Assembly (NCBI RefSeq): GCF_001194135.2
Contig: NC_068985.1
Location: 115,232,169 to 115,274,839, forward strand
Source: Octopus bimaculoides
Taxonomy: Eukaryota
Direction of reading: 5' to 3'
DNA: 42,671 bases
In this document: one piece after another, positions 37,775 to 42,671 of the stretch
How positions within the stretch are numbered: position 1 is the stretch's first letter
Layout: every line of letters starts with the position of its first letter
Notes under the pieces: model-generated
The model's database searches: none
What the model was told of the DNA's origin: nothing
Seen by the model: only the letters and a program-made list of their open reading frames with translations
Made by a program: the position numbers and the translations under genes

Positions 37775-38162
37775 ATTTTGACTCAAGGTCAGCAATTTCG
37801 AAGATAGGGAGATTCGATTACATCGGCCATTGTGCTTACCTAGTTATATTTTATTGGCCTCGAGAGGATGAAAGGCAAAGTAAAGAGCCGGAAGAAATAT
37901 CGGTGGTACTCTAATGATTCTGCTGAGTCACTGCCTTAAAAATAATGATTTTGAATTTTGTTAGACGTCCAGCAAATCTAGGGGAGGATGAAAGCCAATT
38001 ATATAGATCCGAGTGCTCAACTGGTTCGTATTTTATTAACCTCGGAGTGCTCAAAGGCGCAGTTGACTTCGGATGAATTTGAACCCAGAACATAAAGAGC
38101 CGGAAGACATAGCGCAAAGCAATTTTACCGGTACGGTAATAATTCTGCCAGCTCACTGCTTT
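37775..38162 (-). mobile_element. Two degenerate SINE family A units
   Basis: gaggatgaaaggcaaagt, gaatttgaacccagaacataaagagccggaaga, aattctgccagctcactgc. Confidence 0.75.
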
Positions 38163-38611
38163 ACTCTATTCATAGATATAATTGTAAGAAAAGAAACAAC
38201 TTACGAAATTTCAATGTAAACAAAACAGATAGATGCCTATATAAATACGGTGATTGTGAATGCGTACTACATGTAAAATATATAATTAATTCTTTTTGAC
38301 GAAATTTTGAAATTTTAATTTTCTTCTCCATCGAATAGATTTGAATAAAAAGATATTTGCAGTCAAATATTTTGAGCAGTATTTTTTTTTTCTGAAAATA
38401 CACTGGTTTTATTGTCAAAAATCCTTGTGGTATATTACCTTATGACATGCTGCGATATGCAACTGCTGCATTATAACAGACAACGTTCGTTTGCCGCCGT
38501 TGTTAACGTGTTTATTTACGTACATGACTTGTTTGCTAAGAGATATTTTATTGAAACTTTTTCGATTACCGATAGCAATGAGCAACAGAAACAAAAATAT
38601 TAGACCTCAAT

Positions 38612-39007
38612 GTTGTTGTTTTGTTGTTGGCACTCTATCGCTTACGACGTCGAGAGTTCAAGTTGATCCGATCAACGGAACAGCCTGCTCGTGAAATTAA
38701 CGTGCAAGTGGCTGAGCACTCCACAGACACGTGTACCCTTAACGTAGTTCTCAGGGATATTCAGCGTGACACAGTGTGACAAGGCTGACCCTTTGAATTA
38801 CAGGCACAACAGAAACAGGAAGAAAGAGTGAGAGAAAGTTGTGGTGAAAGAGTAGAGCAGGGTTCGCCACCATCCCCTGCCGGAGCCTCGTGGAGCTTTT
38901 AAGTGTTTTCGCTCAATAAACACTCACAACGCCCGGTCTGGGAATCGAAACTGCGATCCTATGACCGCGAGTCCGCTGCCCTAACCACTTGGCCATTGAG
39001 CCTCCAC
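38612..39007 (-). mobile_element. SINE family E, full length, with 11-bp target-site duplication
   Basis: The minus-strand head is GTGGAGGCTCAATGGCCAAGTGGTTAGGGCAGCGGACTCGCGGTCATAGGATCGCAGTTTCGATTCCC, with an (AAC)n tail. TAGACCTCAAT occurs at 38601-38611 and 39009-39019. Confidence 0.92.
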
Positions 39008-39244
39008 ATAGACCTCAATAGATTTCTGGAAAAGTAAAACAGAAATCGAAACAAGAAATAAGAAAGAAAAAGAACAATTTGTAATATCAAAAACGTGCAA
39101 TATGACAGAATATTTTAATGATCTTACACACAGCAATGTCTGAAACTGGGAATATGGAAGACACTAATAATAATACGGTAGTATGTAAACAACAACAGTC
39201 TTATACATTGATTATTCAACAAGTTAAAAGAACAAGTATCTTAA

Positions 39245-40830
39245 TGATATTTATGAATGGTCAAACATTGTTGATGATGATGATTGTGAATAGTGGATAG
39301 CCAAGGGAAGTGATAAATGTCAACAAGTTAACAGTGACTTCTCTTCATACATGCAATTGTATGACGATGAAAAGGATCTGCGGCACTCTCAGAAGTTTTA
39401 GTTCACATATATTCATACACATACAAGCAACGCTGAAGAAATTAGTTATGCCATTCAAAGAGCATGGACAGCCAGTTCTGTTTTCCATGCTAAGTTATGA
39501 CTTTAGGATGTTCATCTAAATTCAATGGAGAAAGGTTTAATGACTGGAAAATGTAAGCGATCTTATAAGACGAAGGAAGTCACTCGCATAAACAAGCTCT
39601 AATTTCACTTTTGATGTATATAAAAATGAGGTGAATATGTCAGCTACCAGCTTGTGAAAGATATAGAGACTGAACAAAAGTATTGATACTCGGTTGCAAA
39701 GGAAATAATTGATCTTTTTTTTTTTTCAACAGAATGAAGCCTTTCATTTCCTGGTGGGGACGAAGCTATTGGATTTTTTTCGTGATTAATTGAGGTTATT
39801 AGAACTGCTGTTGGAGTACTTTCCTTTTCTGACAGGGAATAATCCTGGAAAGAAATACTGGGAACATAAATCATATCTATCTAAAATGTGTAAAGAATTC
39901 ATTGATCTGTTTGAATCCAGCGTATTGGATCGCACTGTTTGTGTAATGATTAAAAATAAGTATTCTATTTCATTGGATTCTGCGTCATCAAATAAACCAA
40001 AGGAAGGCTAGCTGATTCTCACTGTTTTGGCATCGGAATTGGGAGAAAGGTTCATGAAGTTTTAAACAATAACAGGTTAAACAATCGAGCAAAGTTTACT
40101 CGACGGTGCCTGATAGTAGAGATTCTTTGCTGATTTGAAAAATAATGTTAGATATTAAGGGGCCAATTCTAACAGATACAAAACAAACACCCCAAAGGAG
40201 AACACATTCATATAGGTTCTCTTAAATAAAAATGTCATAGATGCAATTTCGTTTAACAATGGTTAAGAGGAAATAATAACAGACTCATCGAAGGTTTCAG
40301 TCATAATAGAAATGGAATGAGCTATAGAGGTAATTTTGTGGAATGAATTCTTGCAGCTTTTTCAAATGACCTCTTTGCAATCACATGGCCGAGATTTGAA
40401 TAGAACTTGTTCACTTTTTTAGTCTTTGCATGAATATATTTAATATTTGCGTTCTATCTTTACGGCATTGATTTAGAAAAAAACGCCAGAGATCTGACTG
40501 ACTGTGAAAATAACCATTGACCAACTCGTAGAGAATTCCGGCGAAATGGCATATATGATGGTTTCAGTGATTTCATTCAGGACACTTTATCTATTTGTTG
40601 AATCTGAAACAAATTCTCAGATATTTAACAGTGGATATTTTTGGCTCATTGTAATAGTTTTCTTTGCATCGTATCAAAATGCTAGAATGCTTATTAAATA
40701 TGTATAGTGTTTTTCGATGTCTTCATCGCGTACAGTCGCTTATATTTCAAGAAATAGTAAAATGATGATCATATTTTCTCAAATTGTATCCAAAAGGTCT
40801 AGAAGCAGTCTTTCTGAAGAATTTATGTCG
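39245..40830 (+). mobile_element. Decayed hAT-superfamily transposase remnant (ZMYM1-like: TTF-type zinc finger plus DUF4371-like region)
   Basis: Broken frames give WIAKGSDKCQQVNSDFS...LCHSKSMDSQFCFPC...GERFNDWK...SHSHKQA; SLSFPGGDE; LLELLLEYFPFL...SYLSKMCKEFIDL...KYSISLDS; ERFMKF; AIEVILWNEFLQLF; LYPKGLE. The motif order matches ZMYM1-like hAT transposases. No TIRs were identified. Confidence 0.75.
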
Positions 40831-41749
40831 TGTACTCGAAACAAATCTTGCTTCTGAAATTGGCACCAAGCAAGGCCTTGTAGCGTTATAATTTCAACGT
40901 TTGGTAACTGAAAGTTCTGCCGAGTCTTGATTTCCAAATTTAGAATATAATTTCTATTGGTATAGAAAAACAGTGATCAACAAATCTCTCGTTTCGCAAA
41001 TTGCCCGTAGGCTGCGTATAAACCATTATTACTGACAGAAGCAGCATTAGATCAAAATGGCATTCTACATATCTTGCTTGACGTGGATACGCTGTAAAGG
41101 AAAAGAAAACGACAGTATTCCTCTCGAGAAAATAAATCGTATAGACGTACAGATGTCCAGATGTATATGGATTAAATAGTCTTTTAAAATCATAATGCTT
41201 CTCTCACAAATAGCGAAATTTTACTCAGCCTGATGGCTATATGAGACAGGTGTGATGCGTTACTCACTATTTTTCTATATCAGTAGAGGCTAAATTCATT
41301 TAAACATGCGGTTGCTAGTGACTACTTGCTTCTGATGACGCTGTAAAAAGCAGAAATTTGGATTTAGCAATTCTACTGCTGCTGATGGACGTATATCATC
41401 TACTACAGATATAATTCTGTATTTTTTTTTTTGCGATATACGTCTATACGAAATGCTTTCCCATGACAGATACCATGCTTTCTACGTTACATCCACCTTA
41501 AGTTACATATGCAGATTACGTTTGTTTATGCGTGCGTGTGTGTGCATGAGTGTGTGTTCCCCCATTTCCTTGAAGGAGTACTATTGATGATATCAGTATC
41601 GGCATCTGTTCCACCAGTGTACACGAGCATATGGGCCAATAGGTTGGTTCAAGTGACTTCTATTGCCTATGGCCTTCTCAGCATTCGGTCATGTGATGTT
41701 GATGTTTGTCATATCGGTTATGACTGTTCTGTACCACGTACAATATATA

Positions 41750-42610
41750 CATAAGTGGCCTAATCAATAAGTATACGGTCTGTTGCTGTAGTAACGAAGC
41801 CAAAGCTCGGAGAGTGAAGCCGCTGGGTACATATTGATCGTCAACAAGGTTGTACATGCACATTAAGTTTTAACATTTAGCAGTGCTTGGAAGAAAGGTG
41901 TGTAGCGTGTCATCGTCGCATTGACAATGACAGAGAAAGTTGAGCAGGGAATCTGCATCGAATTATATAAAAAGCTTGGCGATACCTGCTCAGAGGCCTA
42001 CGCAAAGTTTTCAAACAGTTTTCATCGTTCTTGACACAATCAAGGAGATCTTGTGAAACTGAGACCCGAGTGTTTCTTTGGTCAGCTGAATGCTTTTTTG
42101 GCACAAACATGGCAGAAATTCCCAAATCTTCAGTGATACACAAATCTTCAGAGACAGTGAATGCACAACCTCTGATAACTCACAGAAGGTGATTCACAGA
42201 TTTCCTCTCATAGCAGCACGCACATCCTGCGATGTTTTTCTCAGTTCTGCTGGTAGCGGGTCTCCAAAAACCTTCGGTAATATCGACATTTTTTTCTTGG
42301 AAACGTCTGAAACACTCGTATACTTTTTTGCGGTCAATATACTTCTCTCCATACACTTTCTGAAACTTGGCGTAGGCCTGTGAGCAGGTATCGCCATGAC
42401 AACTTTCTCTGTCATGGTCAATGCGACGATCATACGCTACACACCTTCGTTCCAAACATTGCTGTAAACAGCGGAATGAGCTAGAACGTTAAAACTTAGT
42501 GCGCATGCACAACAGAGTTCAAGGTCAATCTGTGCCAAGCAGCTTTACTCAGCGTGTTTTAGCTTTGTTACTATGGCAACAGTCTGGATACTTTATTGAT
42601 AAGATTTCGT
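41750..42610. mobile_element. Mariner-derived fold-back structure: two inverted 5' ends of a mariner transposon
   Basis: The plus arm (41750-42015) encodes MTEKVEQGICIELYKKLGDTCSEAYAKF. The minus arm (42610-42009) encodes GDTCSQAYAKFQKVYGEKYIDRKKVYECFRRF...RPATSRTEKN...ITEDLGISAMFVPK...QRNTRVSVSQDLL (mariner HTH region). Both arms begin with related atcaataa(a)gtat.c.g.ctgttgc ends. Confidence 0.8.
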
Positions 42611-42671
42611 ATGCGTGTATGCGTGGGTGTGTAAACATATATATCTATATATCTATCTGTATATATATATA

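Noticed and set aside
26313-39007. tRNA-like sequences (SINE heads at 18875, 26313, 26566, 36706, 38940-39007) as tRNA genes
   Set aside because: A and B boxes are present but acceptor stems do not close, and each continues into a repeated SINE body.

Overview
Eukaryotic, repeat-dominated genomic DNA from a draft short-read assembly. It has 14 N-gaps, most flanked by (TA)n/(CA)n/(CT)n microsatellites. The SINE families resemble those I know from octopus genomes, so an Octopus/cephalopod origin is an inference. I can find no supportable intact protein-coding gene. Nearly all ORFs in the track are microsatellite or N read-through, or decayed transposon frames. Recognisable content is: (i) many tRNA-headed SINE copies, labelled A-F here for convenience (working labels, not official names); (ii) decayed LINEs, namely three long R4/Dong-type RT/RLE pieces plus a short fourth, an RTE-clade 3' end and a Tx1/L1-like zinc-knuckle fragment; (iii) decayed DNA transposons, namely Tc1, a ZMYM1-like hAT, a fold-back mariner, a Tigger-like MITE and a second 200-bp MITE. 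The most notable observation is a tRNA-headed SINE (36706-36996) whose tail folds as a minimal type I hammerhead ribozyme of the Penelope/retrozyme kind and which has an inverted duplication of its own head. Other observations are modular head/core/tail swapping among the SINEs, SINE microsatellite linkers acting as landing pads for other elements, and a few weak exon candidates.
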